From Akkermansiaceae bacterium (GTDB lineage: Bacteria > Verrucomicrobiota > Verrucomicrobiia > Verrucomicrobiales > Akkermansiaceae), in assembly GCA_903878115.1 (NCBI GenBank), contig CAIRGO010000263.1, positions 28,991-92,990 on the forward strand: a stretch of 64,000 bases of DNA. The letters are read 5' to 3'. Below the pieces are notes generated by a model. The model had not been told where the DNA came from. It was given only the letters and a program-made list of their open reading frames with translations, and searched no databases. Shown one piece after another: positions 29,696 through 39,033 of the stretch (positions within the stretch are counted from its first letter, which is position 1; each line of letters starts with the position of its first letter). The position numbers and the translations under genes are program-made.

Positions 29696-30547
29696 ATGCA
29701 ACGGTGGCGCAAATTATCCTCTTGGCTGATCATGTTCAGCGTGTGTGCTGGAGCGATGCATGCGGAAGAGAAAAAAAATCCGTTAGAAGTTACGATGCTT
29801 GCGGAGCAATCCACTGTCGCCCCGGGTTCCGTTGTTCAGGTGGGTTTTTTGCTGCATCATCCTGTCGGCAATCATACCTATTGGAAGCATCCAGGAATTG
29901 TTGGTCTTGCGACAAAGATCGAGTGGGATTTGCCTGACGGCTTCACTGCGGGTGAAGTGCTTTGGCCTGCGCCAGAAAGAGTGAAGATGGCGATATACGC
30001 TGCGCAAGGATATGAGCGCGATGTGTTGTTGATGGTGCCGGTCACGGTGCCAAAGCAGTTCACAGATCAGGTCTGCCATTTGCGCGCTCGACTTTCGTGG
30101 ATGTGCTGTAGCGACCACTGTTACCCTGCGCAGAATGTGTCATTTTCGTTAGATATTCCGGTGGGTGGAATAACGAAGATTGACGAAAAAAATCATACGC
30201 TGTTCGAGCAGCAACGTGCCCAAGTGCCGCAAGTGGATCCTGCCTGGACGACATCAGTTACGGTTGATCAGGATATCATCCGCTTGACGGTCCAAGCTGC
30301 CGCTGGCAACACACGCAGCGTGGCGGAACTCGGCGAGTTGTGGTTTTTTACGAACGATGGCGCAGTGGATTCTTCCAAGCCACAGCGGGTAATTGATCGT
30401 CAACGAGATCGGCTCACGATTGAACTAACAAAATCAGAGTTCGCACCGAAAGTCATGACATCACTTCCAGGAGTGCTGAGTGCGGCAAAAGACGGGCAGG
30501 GGACAAAATTCATCGAAATTAATTCAGTGATCTCATCCGATAAATAG
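29696..30547 (+). CDS. Secreted DsbD-alpha / DsbC-N-like (thiol:disulfide interchange N-terminal domain) protein
   Basis: Signal peptide. HTYWKHPG and LSWMCCSDHCYP resemble the DsbD N-terminal domain motif (W..C...C.P). Confidence 0.55.
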   Translation: MQRWRKLSSWLIMFSVCAGAMHAEEKKNPLEVTMLAEQSTVAPGSVVQVGFLLHHPVGNHTYWKHPGIVGLATKIEWDLPDGFTAGEVLWPAPERVKMAIYAAQGYERDVLLMVPVTVPKQFTDQVCHLRARLSWMCCSDHCYPAQNVSFSLDIPVGGITKIDEKNHTLFEQQRAQVPQVDPAWTTSVTVDQDIIRLTVQAAAGNTRSVAELGELWFFTNDGAVDSSKPQRVIDRQRDRLTIELTKSEFAPKVMTSLPGVLSAAKDGQGTKFIEINSVISSDK

Positions 30548-30609
30548 CCGTTCCAAAAATCGATATGGTTTGGAATCGACGCGGTGTGAATTGTTGCTAC
30601 CATCGCGCC

Positions 30610-31236
30610 ATGCAATTACTTGATCAATTAGGTGTCGCACTCGGCTTGGCCACGCTGGCTGGGCTTAATCTATATCTTACTGTGCTCATCGCCGGTGCTG
30701 CGGTGCGCTTTCATTGGATCGAACTTTCTGGAGCATATGAAAACCTTGCGGTGCTGGCCAATCCTTGGGTGATGGGGGTGGCGGGTGCGCTTTTTCTGAT
30801 CGAGTTTTTTGCGGATAAAGTTCCTTGGGTCGATAGCACTTGGGATGCCGTGCATACGGTTGTTCGTCCCGCTGGTGGAATTTTCCTGGCGCTAGCTGCA
30901 CTGGGCCACATGGATTCTACTATGACTGTAGTAGCTGCGCTCCTTGCTGGTGGCGCGGCGCTGGCTACTCATGGCACGAAGGCTAGTACGCGTTTGCTGT
31001 TGAATGCCTCACCAGAGCCCGTGACAAACAGCGTGGCGAGCTTGGCCGAAGATGGATTGGTGGTCGGTGGCATGGGGCTTATTGGCGCTGCGCCGATGGT
31101 GGCATTTGTGGTGTTTACCATCGTTGTGATTGTTTGTCTGATGCTCATGACATGGTTGTGGAAAAAAGTTTTCCGCCGTCGTAGGAAGAAAGCGTTAGAA
31201 GTGAATCAATTGTTAGCAACGCAACAAAAAATTTAA
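30610..31236 (+). CDS. DUF4126-like integral membrane protein
   Basis: Multi-TM protein with LATLAGLNLYLTVLIAG and FFADKVPWVDSTWD motifs, as I recall for DUF4126. The start was trimmed from 30565 to the ATG at 30610. Confidence 0.55.
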   Translation: MQLLDQLGVALGLATLAGLNLYLTVLIAGAAVRFHWIELSGAYENLAVLANPWVMGVAGALFLIEFFADKVPWVDSTWDAVHTVVRPAGGIFLALAALGHMDSTMTVVAALLAGGAALATHGTKASTRLLLNASPEPVTNSVASLAEDGLVVGGMGLIGAAPMVAFVVFTIVVIVCLMLMTWLWKKVFRRRRKKALEVNQLLATQQKI

Positions 31237-31240
31237 CGAG

Positions 31241-32104
31241 ATGTCGCGTGCATTGATAGCCGGGCTCGAACTCGGCGGCACAAAAACAGTGGTCGCGATT
31301 GGTGATCGTGACGGCACCGTGGCTGAGGAATTTCGTTATCCTACGACAACCCCAGAAGAAACGCTCGCCATTGCCATTGATTGGTGGCGTGAACGCGGCG
31401 AGGTGGTGGCGTTGGGCATTGCTTCTTTTGGACCCTTGCGTTTACGGCGTGATGCTGTCGATTACGGTGTCTATCTAACGACTCCTAAACTCGCATGGCA
31501 GGGTTTTTCACTGGTTGATTTTTTTGCCAAATATTTACCAAGTGCCAAGCTGACGATTGAGACCGATGTGAATGCAGCACTGCTTGCTGAGTTGAAAATA
31601 GGTGCGGCTCAAGGTCTGAAAAATGCCCTCTATCTGACTGTCGGTACGGGCATCGGTGCGGGAGTTTGCTGCGAGGGGCGATTGGTTCACGGCATGCTGC
31701 ATCCAGAGATGGGGCATTTGCGTGTGCCTCGTTTTGTTGGCGATGACTTTGCGGGAGTTTGTCCGTTTCATGGCGATTGTTGGGAGGGGGTGGCGAGTGG
31801 TCCAGCGATCGAAAAACGCTGGGGATTGCCCGCGCATCTTTTGCCAGAAGATCACCCGGCATGGGAGATGGAGGCATATTATTTAGCGCAGGGATTATTT
31901 TCTGCGAACACGATTCTCTCTCCTGAACGCATGATTCTAGGCGGTGGAGTTTCGCAAGCCCCGCTGTTGCATGAGCGGATCTCGGAGCACATGCGTCATC
32001 TGAGCAACGGTTATTTTCCTGATCTCGGTGTTCTACTCAGTCCGCCATTATTAGGCCAACAGGCTGGTATTATTGGCGCGCTTTTACTGAACGATACACT
32101 GTAA
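31241..32104 (+). CDS. ROK family sugar kinase (fructokinase/Mak-like)
   Basis: LELGGTKT N-terminal ATP motif, TVGTGIGAG, and the Zn motif HPEMGH...CPFHGDCWEG. Confidence 0.8.
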   Translation: MSRALIAGLELGGTKTVVAIGDRDGTVAEEFRYPTTTPEETLAIAIDWWRERGEVVALGIASFGPLRLRRDAVDYGVYLTTPKLAWQGFSLVDFFAKYLPSAKLTIETDVNAALLAELKIGAAQGLKNALYLTVGTGIGAGVCCEGRLVHGMLHPEMGHLRVPRFVGDDFAGVCPFHGDCWEGVASGPAIEKRWGLPAHLLPEDHPAWEMEAYYLAQGLFSANTILSPERMILGGGVSQAPLLHERISEHMRHLSNGYFPDLGVLLSPPLLGQQAGIIGALLLNDTL

Positions 32105-32149
32105 AAAGTAGATAGGTTTCTGGTATGATAATTTCACAGTAGATATTTG

Positions 32150-32512
32150 TTAGGCTGGGTTCTTTCGTCGCGCTACTTTCACACCTTTGGTCATCATCGC
32201 TTCAATCAATTTTCCGACCAAGGGGTTGGGAAAATGTCGACTAGCAGTAACGGCGAAGAATGTTTCGCGAAGTTCTGCGATCCGATGGGTCACCACCAGT
32301 GCGCCTGATGCAATTTCATCCTGCACGACCACGGGGGGGACTAGCGCGAGCACATCGCCCTCTCTCGCCAGAAGACGTAGCATCGCCATATCATCGACCT
32401 CAGCCATCATCATTGGGCGCACTCCGGCGCTGGTTAGCAAGCGATCAAATCCCTCACGTGTGTTGCTTTCGAAGCTAGGCAGAACGAGTGGCACTCCGTG
32501 AAAGTCTTTCAT
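32150..32512 (-). pseudogene. Truncated LysR-family regulator (C-terminal effector-binding half only; HTH missing)
   Basis: The 120-aa ORF matches only the second substrate-binding subdomain of LysR regulators (MLRLLAREGDVLALVPPVVVQDEIASGALV). No HTH-coding sequence is upstream. It shares the GC-rich composition of the adjacent SulP gene. Confidence 0.6.
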
Positions 32513-32734
32513 AAAAAAACACTAGTAATTCAACCGGACGACGGCCAAAATCTGACAATCGAATTCACCTGACCCTGCCTGGCAATCAAAAAAAAGCCGC
32601 ACACAAAATAATAATTTGACAAAGCGGTTTGGAAATCTACTTTCACCGCTGATTAATTTGATACTCAAAACTAGCAAATTCTACCATGTTAGTCTTGTAG
32701 CGTCGAGTTTTACTTCTATTCTCACAACTCACTC

Positions 32735-35029
32735 ATGAACTCACCCAACGCCTCTGCCAGTACCCCGTCATCCAGTAATTTGTCCAAAGATTTGGTGGCC
32801 GGACTGGTGGTTTTCCTCGTTGCTCTTCCTCTCTGTCTGGGAGTCGCCCTCGCTTCCAATGCTCCACCGATCTCGGGTCTGATTGCGGGAATCCTCGGTG
32901 GCATTGTGGTCGGCATTCTTAGCGGTTCTCATACCAGCGTCAGCGGGCCTGCCGCAGGCCTGACCGCCGTGGTAGCCGTTCAGATTGCCAATCTAGGCAG
33001 TTTCGAGGCCTTTCTTGTTGCGGTGATTCTCGCTGGTGCGCTTCAGGTGATCCTAGGTATCGCCCGCGCTGGATTCATCGCCTCATTCATTCCGGTCAGC
33101 GTCATCAAGGGCCTCCTTGCTGCCATCGGCGTCATCCTGATCCTCAAGCAGATTCCCCACCTTGTTGGGTTCGATGCCGATCCGATGGGAGACAAGGCGT
33201 TCCTACAGCCAGATGGTGAGAACACGTTCACCGAACTTCTGCGATCACTTTCATTCGTCCATCCTGGGGCAATGCTGATCGGCTTGCTTTCGATCGCAAC
33301 CATCGTTGCTTGGGACAAGATCAAGTTTCTCAAAAAACTGCCCGTGCCAGCCCCGTTGGTGGTGGTAATCCTAGGAGTCGCCGTGAGCCAGTTTTTCAAG
33401 TCAATAGGCGGCATGTGGTTGGTCGAACCGAGTCACCTAGTGGCCGTCCCGGTGACCGGTGGCCCAGTAGAGTTCATGCAGACGGCCTTGATTTTTCCGA
33501 AGTGGGAAACCCTCGGCAATTCGGCCGTCTACTTCTCCGCCTTCACCATAGCTATCGTCGCGTCGATTGAAACCCTTCTCAACATCGAGGCGGTCGACAA
33601 GATCGATCCGAAACAGCGCCTCACGCCACCAAACCGCGAGCTGGTCTCTCAGGGCCTGGGCAACATGCTGGCCGGCCTCATTGGTGGACTGCCCATGACC
33701 AGCGTGATCGTACGCAGCAGCGTCAACATTGGAGCCAAGGCAGAGACCAAGATCAGCGCTATCTTCCACGGCGTTCTTCTCCTCGGTTGCGTGGTGTTCA
33801 TGCCGGGAATCCTCAACATGATTCCCCTTTCTGCGCTCGCTGCCATTTTGCTGATGACCGGCCTCAAGCTGGCCAGCCCGAAGCTGATCAAGCAAATGTG
33901 GGGTGAGGGTAAAAAGCAATTCCTACCCTTTATCATCACGGTCCTTGCCATCGTCTTCACCGACCTACTGATCGGCGTCTTGATCGGACTCGCCGTGGCG
34001 ATCGGCTTCGTGCTTCACAACAACGCCCGCCGTCCACTTCGTCGGATCATGGAGAAGCATGCCACGGGTGACGTGATGCACATCATCCTCGCCAACCAGG
34101 TGAGCTTCCTAAGCCGCGCGTCACTCGAAGATGCGCTGCGCGACACACCACGGGGTGGTCACGTTCTCCTCGATGCAGAGAACACCGACTACATCGATCC
34201 TGACGTGCTCGACCTCATTACTGACTTCCGCGACACCGCGTCAAAGGCTCTCGATATCACCCTCAGCTTGAAGGGATTCCGCGACAAATACGTCCAGATC
34301 GAGGACAACATCCAGTTCGTCGACTTCAGCAGTCGAGAACTTCAGCTGGAGCTCACACCCGAGCGAGTGTTGAAGATTTTCCGGGATGGCAATGAGCGCT
34401 TCGTCTTCGGTCAACGCCTAACCCGGGACCTGGGCCGTCAGGTGCTGGCCACTTCCTCAGGCCAGTTTCCGATGGCTGTGGTGTTGAGCTGCATCGATTC
34501 CCGCGCCCCCGCCGAAATTGTATTCGACTTGGGTCTCGGAGACATATTCAGCGCCCGTGTCGCAGGAAACATCGCCCGCAACAAGGTCCTCGGCAGCATG
34601 GAGTATGCCTGCGCTGTCGCCGGGGCTAAAATGATCTTGGTGATGGGCCACACCTCCTGCGGTGCAGTGAACGCCGCAGTGGATCTCTTGGCCGCCAACA
34701 AGCTAGCCTCTGAAGCCACCGGATGCGTCAATCTGGATGGCCTGATCGAAGAGATCCAGTTGTCGATTGACCCGACCACCCTTAAAACTCCTGAAGCATG
34801 GAAGGATGGAGAAAAAGCTGCTTATGCAAATGAAGTCTCACGCGCCAACGTGCTCCGCACCATGAAGGTGATTCGTGAACGCAGCAGCACCCTCGATAAA
34901 CTCGTGCTTGAAGGAAAAATTGTAATCGTCGGTTGTCTTTACGACATCAGCACTGGCAAGGTGGACTTCTTCCAGTCCTCCGTCAGCAGTGTGGCTCCTT
35001 TGTCATCCGATTTGGCCAAGCTGGTCTGA
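32735..35029 (+). CDS. SulP family anion (bicarbonate/sulfate) transporter fused to STAS and beta-carbonic anhydrase domains
   Basis: SulP motifs (LVAGLVVFLVALPLCLGVALAS, NRELVSQGLGNMLAGLIGGLPMTSVIVRSSVN). STAS segment (VMHIILANQVSFLS...). Beta-CA zinc ligands CIDSR (Cys586, Asp588, Arg590) and HTSCG (His639, Cys642). Confidence 0.88.
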   Translation: MNSPNASASTPSSSNLSKDLVAGLVVFLVALPLCLGVALASNAPPISGLIAGILGGIVVGILSGSHTSVSGPAAGLTAVVAVQIANLGSFEAFLVAVILAGALQVILGIARAGFIASFIPVSVIKGLLAAIGVILILKQIPHLVGFDADPMGDKAFLQPDGENTFTELLRSLSFVHPGAMLIGLLSIATIVAWDKIKFLKKLPVPAPLVVVILGVAVSQFFKSIGGMWLVEPSHLVAVPVTGGPVEFMQTALIFPKWETLGNSAVYFSAFTIAIVASIETLLNIEAVDKIDPKQRLTPPNRELVSQGLGNMLAGLIGGLPMTSVIVRSSVNIGAKAETKISAIFHGVLLLGCVVFMPGILNMIPLSALAAILLMTGLKLASPKLIKQMWGEGKKQFLPFIITVLAIVFTDLLIGVLIGLAVAIGFVLHNNARRPLRRIMEKHATGDVMHIILANQVSFLSRASLEDALRDTPRGGHVLLDAENTDYIDPDVLDLITDFRDTASKALDITLSLKGFRDKYVQIEDNIQFVDFSSRELQLELTPERVLKIFRDGNERFVFGQRLTRDLGRQVLATSSGQFPMAVVLSCIDSRAPAEIVFDLGLGDIFSARVAGNIARNKVLGSMEYACAVAGAKMILVMGHTSCGAVNAAVDLLAANKLASEATGCVNLDGLIEEIQLSIDPTTLKTPEAWKDGEKAAYANEVSRANVLRTMKVIRERSSTLDKLVLEGKIVIVGCLYDISTGKVDFFQSSVSSVAPLSSDLAKLV

Positions 35030-35294
35030 GACGTCAGGACTTCGACTTTCCATCCCAAGGTTCCGGCCACATAACCGACCTTGGGATTCTTGTTTCTGAT
35101 TCTCGACCAGTAGGACTCCGCCTTCGGTCACCGTCTCTTTCAACGGCCTCCACCCCGAGAGGAAATTCCTAGCATGCAACCGCTTGCCTTAGCCGTATCC
35201 ATCATCACGCCGCCCAACGACTTGATTCATCCCAATAAGAATGGACGACTGGTGAATCATGATCGCATCTCTTGCCTACTATTTCTCTAGTAGT

Positions 35295-37736
35295 TTACCA
35301 AGCAGCGTGATCGCGTTCGTCGTAAGGCAGCCAGAGTAGGGCTACGAGATTGACTTTTACGTCGGTGCGGGTTGGTTTCAGTGTCTCGGTGCTGAGCATG
35401 ACCGATGCCGGATCAAATGAGGCTGACATGCGGCTGATCTCTTCCTCTGCTTGTTGTTGCATGGTGGCGACTTCTTGTTGAATCGATTCAATTTTATCCT
35501 CGGCGGCATCAACATCGCGGCCTTGTTTGTAAGCGCCTGTCGCCGACGTGATCGCTGATTTCCCTCTGGTGAGAGTGCCGAGATTGATGCCTTTTTTGCC
35601 ACCGAAGAGCGAGCCAAGCACCCCCGTTAGAATGGAAACTCCCGCTTGCATTTTTGCACCGCTGGATTCGGCTTTTTGCTTGGCGAGTTGGCCTTCGGCG
35701 GTGGTCAGGCGTGATTGCGCGGCCTGGAGTTTTTTGGCAATGCTATCGCGGATTTTTGCAACTGCGGCATCACGAGCCTCACGGGCTTTCACCGTCAAAC
35801 GTGCGCGGAACTCGGGCTCCAGTTCACCGAGCTCGGAATAGGTATCGAGCGCTTCACAATAAAAAATATCGGCGCGTTCATTGCGATACAACCATTCCTC
35901 GAAATCTTTGCCCACTTGCTTGTAACCATCTTGATTCATCGCAAAGCCAGGCAATTCGGTGTAGCTAATTGCTTCACTAGGCTTGTTATCTAACGATTCT
36001 GCCTTGAGTGGCGGTGGCACATTGGTTTCCCAGTCGATCGATACTGGTAATATCGGATTAACGAAACGAACGGTGCGAGCGCCTTCCACACCAGCTTTTC
36101 TGGATTGGAAATGCACCTGTCCCACGCGTAGCAAATGCGGGCGATAGGTAAGCCCCTCAGTATCACCCGCATGCGGCACGAATTTTTCCTCTACCCCTGG
36201 TCCTACTAATGGTCGATTGTTGACGGCGGCTTTGGGCGCACTCATGCCGGGCATCGCCATCGGGTTGGCACCAGCTACTACGGAGGTAGTATTATTTTTT
36301 TCAAATGCGGCACGTTTAGGGTCCATCACTGCTTTGATTTGGGTACGGGTGAGCGGGCCACGCAGGTAGCTCATGCACCAACGAACGTGAAAGATCGCGG
36401 GGCCATCGTCGTGCACATTGTTCATCAGGAAAACGCGATTGCCTAACCCTGACAGCAACATTTCCATTTGCTTGCGGTCAAATTTTGCATTTTGTGAACC
36501 TGCGGCTCCCTCGAGTCCATCGAGCACGCGCATTTTATCGCGTTCCGTTTGAAGACGCCCCAAAAACCACGAACCGATGTTGGATAGTGCTTTGTAGTCA
36601 AGATCTACAGGATTTTGCGTGGCGAGCAAACAGCCGAGTCCAAAAGCGCGCGATTGTTTTAGCAAAGTCATCATCGGACGCTTCGATGGTGGATTCGCCG
36701 TCGGTGGCAAGTAGCCGTAAATTTCGTCCATGTAGAGGATCGCGCGCAGCGAGGTTGTTCCGCTTTGGGCGCGCATCCAGCCGAGCATTTGATTGAGCAG
36801 TAGTGAGACGAAGAACATCCGCTCTTGATCACCGAGGTGGGCGATTGAAAAAATGGAAATGCGTGGCTTGCCATCGGGCGCGGTGAGCATTTTTGCGATG
36901 TCTAGCGGCACACCTTCTAACCAAGAAGCAAATCCTGGTGAGGCTAACAGATTATTGAATTTGAGTGCTAAAGTTTGACGATCTTTTTGCCCGTAAAACG
37001 ATTCAATATCGACCACGCCTACTTTGTCGAAGGAAGGTTTTTGAATATGGCGGATCAACGACTCTAAGGTGATGTCTTGCCCGGCCACCCAAGCATTTTG
37101 GAAAATCGCTGAGAGCAAAACAGCTTCATTGCTCTGTGAACTTTCGCCGGTGATGCCGATGAGTGAAAGCAACGAAGCAACAGTGCTTTCGATCCGTTCG
37201 CCTAACAATTCTCCATCATCCATGATCTCAAACGGCGGCACAGCCAGCGAGCTGAGTATCGAAACCGGTATCCCCGCTTTGCTGCCAGGCGTGAAAATAT
37301 TGATGTCCACTTTATCGCGGAACTGTTGCACCCGCTCGGCAGGCTGCCCCCAATCGGCGAGACCTTTTTTCCACATGGCGGCAGTGCTCTCGGCATATTC
37401 GGGCACACTAATACCTTTTTTGGCGGCGTCTTCTTCGTTGATCCATGGCTCGAACTCTTTGCCTGTTAGGCCAGGAAAGGTGAGCAGCAAGTTAGCAATA
37501 TCGCCCTTGGGATCGATGATGATCGCAGGGATATTATCCATCGCAGCTTCTTCTAACATGGCGAGACATAGCCCCGTTTTTCCTGATCCGGTCATGCCGA
37601 GAACCACACCATGGGTGACTAAATCTTTTGAATCATAGAGCACCAAATCATCACCGAGCGTTTTGGTATCGAGATCATAATCGCGCCCCAAATAAAAGCT
37701 GCCCAGTTTTTCGTAGTCGGATACGTTGATGTCCAT
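35295..37736 (-). CDS. HerA/DUF87 (FtsK-HerA superfamily) P-loop ATPase with long coiled-coil C-terminal extension
   Basis: Walker A GMTGSGKTG (37575..37598). DPKGD motif and Walker B-like ILYMDEIYGY. The N-terminal region resembles YjgR/DUF853-type ATPases. The C-terminal ~250 aa is coiled-coil rich. Confidence 0.75.
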   Translation of the reverse strand: MDINVSDYEKLGSFYLGRDYDLDTKTLGDDLVLYDSKDLVTHGVVLGMTGSGKTGLCLAMLEEAAMDNIPAIIIDPKGDIANLLLTFPGLTGKEFEPWINEEDAAKKGISVPEYAESTAAMWKKGLADWGQPAERVQQFRDKVDINIFTPGSKAGIPVSILSSLAVPPFEIMDDGELLGERIESTVASLLSLIGITGESSQSNEAVLLSAIFQNAWVAGQDITLESLIRHIQKPSFDKVGVVDIESFYGQKDRQTLALKFNNLLASPGFASWLEGVPLDIAKMLTAPDGKPRISIFSIAHLGDQERMFFVSLLLNQMLGWMRAQSGTTSLRAILYMDEIYGYLPPTANPPSKRPMMTLLKQSRAFGLGCLLATQNPVDLDYKALSNIGSWFLGRLQTERDKMRVLDGLEGAAGSQNAKFDRKQMEMLLSGLGNRVFLMNNVHDDGPAIFHVRWCMSYLRGPLTRTQIKAVMDPKRAAFEKNNTTSVVAGANPMAMPGMSAPKAAVNNRPLVGPGVEEKFVPHAGDTEGLTYRPHLLRVGQVHFQSRKAGVEGARTVRFVNPILPVSIDWETNVPPPLKAESLDNKPSEAISYTELPGFAMNQDGYKQVGKDFEEWLYRNERADIFYCEALDTYSELGELEPEFRARLTVKAREARDAAVAKIRDSIAKKLQAAQSRLTTAEGQLAKQKAESSGAKMQAGVSILTGVLGSLFGGKKGINLGTLTRGKSAITSATGAYKQGRDVDAAEDKIESIQQEVATMQQQAEEEISRMSASFDPASVMLSTETLKPTRTDVKVNLVALLWLPYDERDHAAW

Positions 37737-37884
37737 GTGCCTAATTTACGGAAATGACTCAGTGACCGCGAGAAAAAAAGTTAAGCAATGGCGCGAAACG
37801 AATTTCAGAAGATCAATGCGATTGCCGCGACAATCAAGATTCTCGCTTGATAATATGTTACAATTGCCCTAGGGTATTTCCACG

Positions 37885-38202
37885 ATGAATGCGCAACCTT
37901 TGAAAAATGGTCAGATGGTCCATTCCAGTTCTGAGCGCGATCAGGATCTCATGCAACTCCGCAGCGTAACTAACCAAAGCGTCGACCGGCGGGCCTTCGC
38001 TGAAAAGTTAGTCGGTGCTGAATGGGCTGAATGGTATTGTATGAGTCCAGAGGCCCGCTTTGCGGCTTCTCAAAAACTTTGGTCTGAATACCTAACTCTC
38101 GGCGGCAGTCTTGACCCCGAAGTTGATTTTCAGAGTCCTTTTTACACCGCTGATGAATACCGGGACTTCGCGAAAATTAGCCAATCAAAGGATAGTCAAT
38201 GA
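37885..38202 (+). CDS. Small hypothetical protein (105 aa), upstream partner of an NTase-fold protein
   Basis: WYCMSPEARFAASQKLWSEY motif parallels the 63-aa ORF at 22908..23099. It has a 4-nt ATGA overlap with the next gene. Confidence 0.5.
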   Translation: MNAQPLKNGQMVHSSSERDQDLMQLRSVTNQSVDRRAFAEKLVGAEWAEWYCMSPEARFAASQKLWSEYLTLGGSLDPEVDFQSPFYTADEYRDFAKISQSKDSQ

Positions 38203-38933
38203 ATCTACCACCCTCCATTGTAAAAGTCCTAGAAACATTTGCCCATCACCGCCTCCAAGTGTTGCTCATGGGTGGGCAAGCCTGCATTGTTTACGGCGGT
38301 GCAGAATTCAGTCGGGATATCGATTTCGCAATTCTTGCTTCAAGTGCAAATTTGGTATCCCTCAACTCGGCGTTAAAGGATCTACAAGCCGTTGTTATCG
38401 CCGTTCCACCGCTCAGCCTAGAAGTTTTACAAGACGGACTGGCGGTTCACTTTCGTTGCCTTGCCCCTGAAGTCGATGGACTACGGATTGATGTGATGAG
38501 TCACATGCGCGGTGTAGCCCCCTTTGCTGAACTTTGGTCCCGCCGCGTTGAGTTAGAAGGAGGGGTCAACGTGCTCGCCCTCTCAGATCTTGTTCAAGCA
38601 AAGAAGACTCAACGCGACAAAGACTGGCCGATGATTCGTCGATTGTTGGAGGCTGATTATATTCGCTATCCGCATCCTGACAGTAATCAGTTAGACTTCT
38701 GGTTCCGCGAATGTCGTACGCCAGATATCCTGTTTGCTCTCGCCTCTGAATATCCTGCCGCCGCCGCCAAGCACTCACGTCCCGCTGTGCAAGCCGCCAT
38801 TGCCCATGCGGATTCAGAACATCTCACCAACCTTCTCTATCAGGAAGAAATGGCGGAACGCAATGCCGACATCGCTTGGTGGACTCCGCGTAAGAAACAA
38901 CTAGAAAACCTCCGCCACAATCATTCTCGATGA
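38199..38933 (+). CDS. Nucleotidyltransferase-fold protein (uncharacterised family, longer paralogue-like copy)
   Basis: LQVLLMGGQACIVYGGAEFSRDIDFAI shows the hGG...DxD NTase pattern. LSDLVQAKKTQRDKDWPMIRRL parallels the 150-aa protein at 22505..22957. Confidence 0.6.
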   Translation: MNLPPSIVKVLETFAHHRLQVLLMGGQACIVYGGAEFSRDIDFAILASSANLVSLNSALKDLQAVVIAVPPLSLEVLQDGLAVHFRCLAPEVDGLRIDVMSHMRGVAPFAELWSRRVELEGGVNVLALSDLVQAKKTQRDKDWPMIRRLLEADYIRYPHPDSNQLDFWFRECRTPDILFALASEYPAAAAKHSRPAVQAAIAHADSEHLTNLLYQEEMAERNADIAWWTPRKKQLENLRHNHSR

Positions 38934-39033
38934 GGAGATTGGGTGGCGGTCCCAAGGAGTATGGGTTCGGATTATCCCTTGCTGTCACACCGTTTCCATT
39001 GACAACATCTTTCTTTGATTCATCATTTCTCTC

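Noticed and set aside
33437-33919. 160-aa minus-strand ORF, and neighbours at 33043..33414 and 33649..33960
   Set aside because: They lie inside the high-GC SulP gene on the opposite strand. High GC suppresses stop codons, and no motifs are present.
34933-35294. 79-aa ORF spanning the SulP stop, and a 38-aa ORF (about 35174..35290) in the downstream spacer
   Set aside because: The first overlaps the SulP-CA C-terminus out of frame. The second is short with no motifs. The spacer is more likely decayed island DNA.
32105-35294. GC-rich island considered as an integrative mobile element
   Set aside because: No integrase, transposase, tRNA target or flanking direct/inverted repeats could be found by eye. 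It is kept only as a compositional island in the findings.
37069-37638. 189-aa plus-strand ORF
   Set aside because: It is antisense to the HerA-like ATPase gene that carries clear Walker motifs. The composition looks like a shadow ORF.
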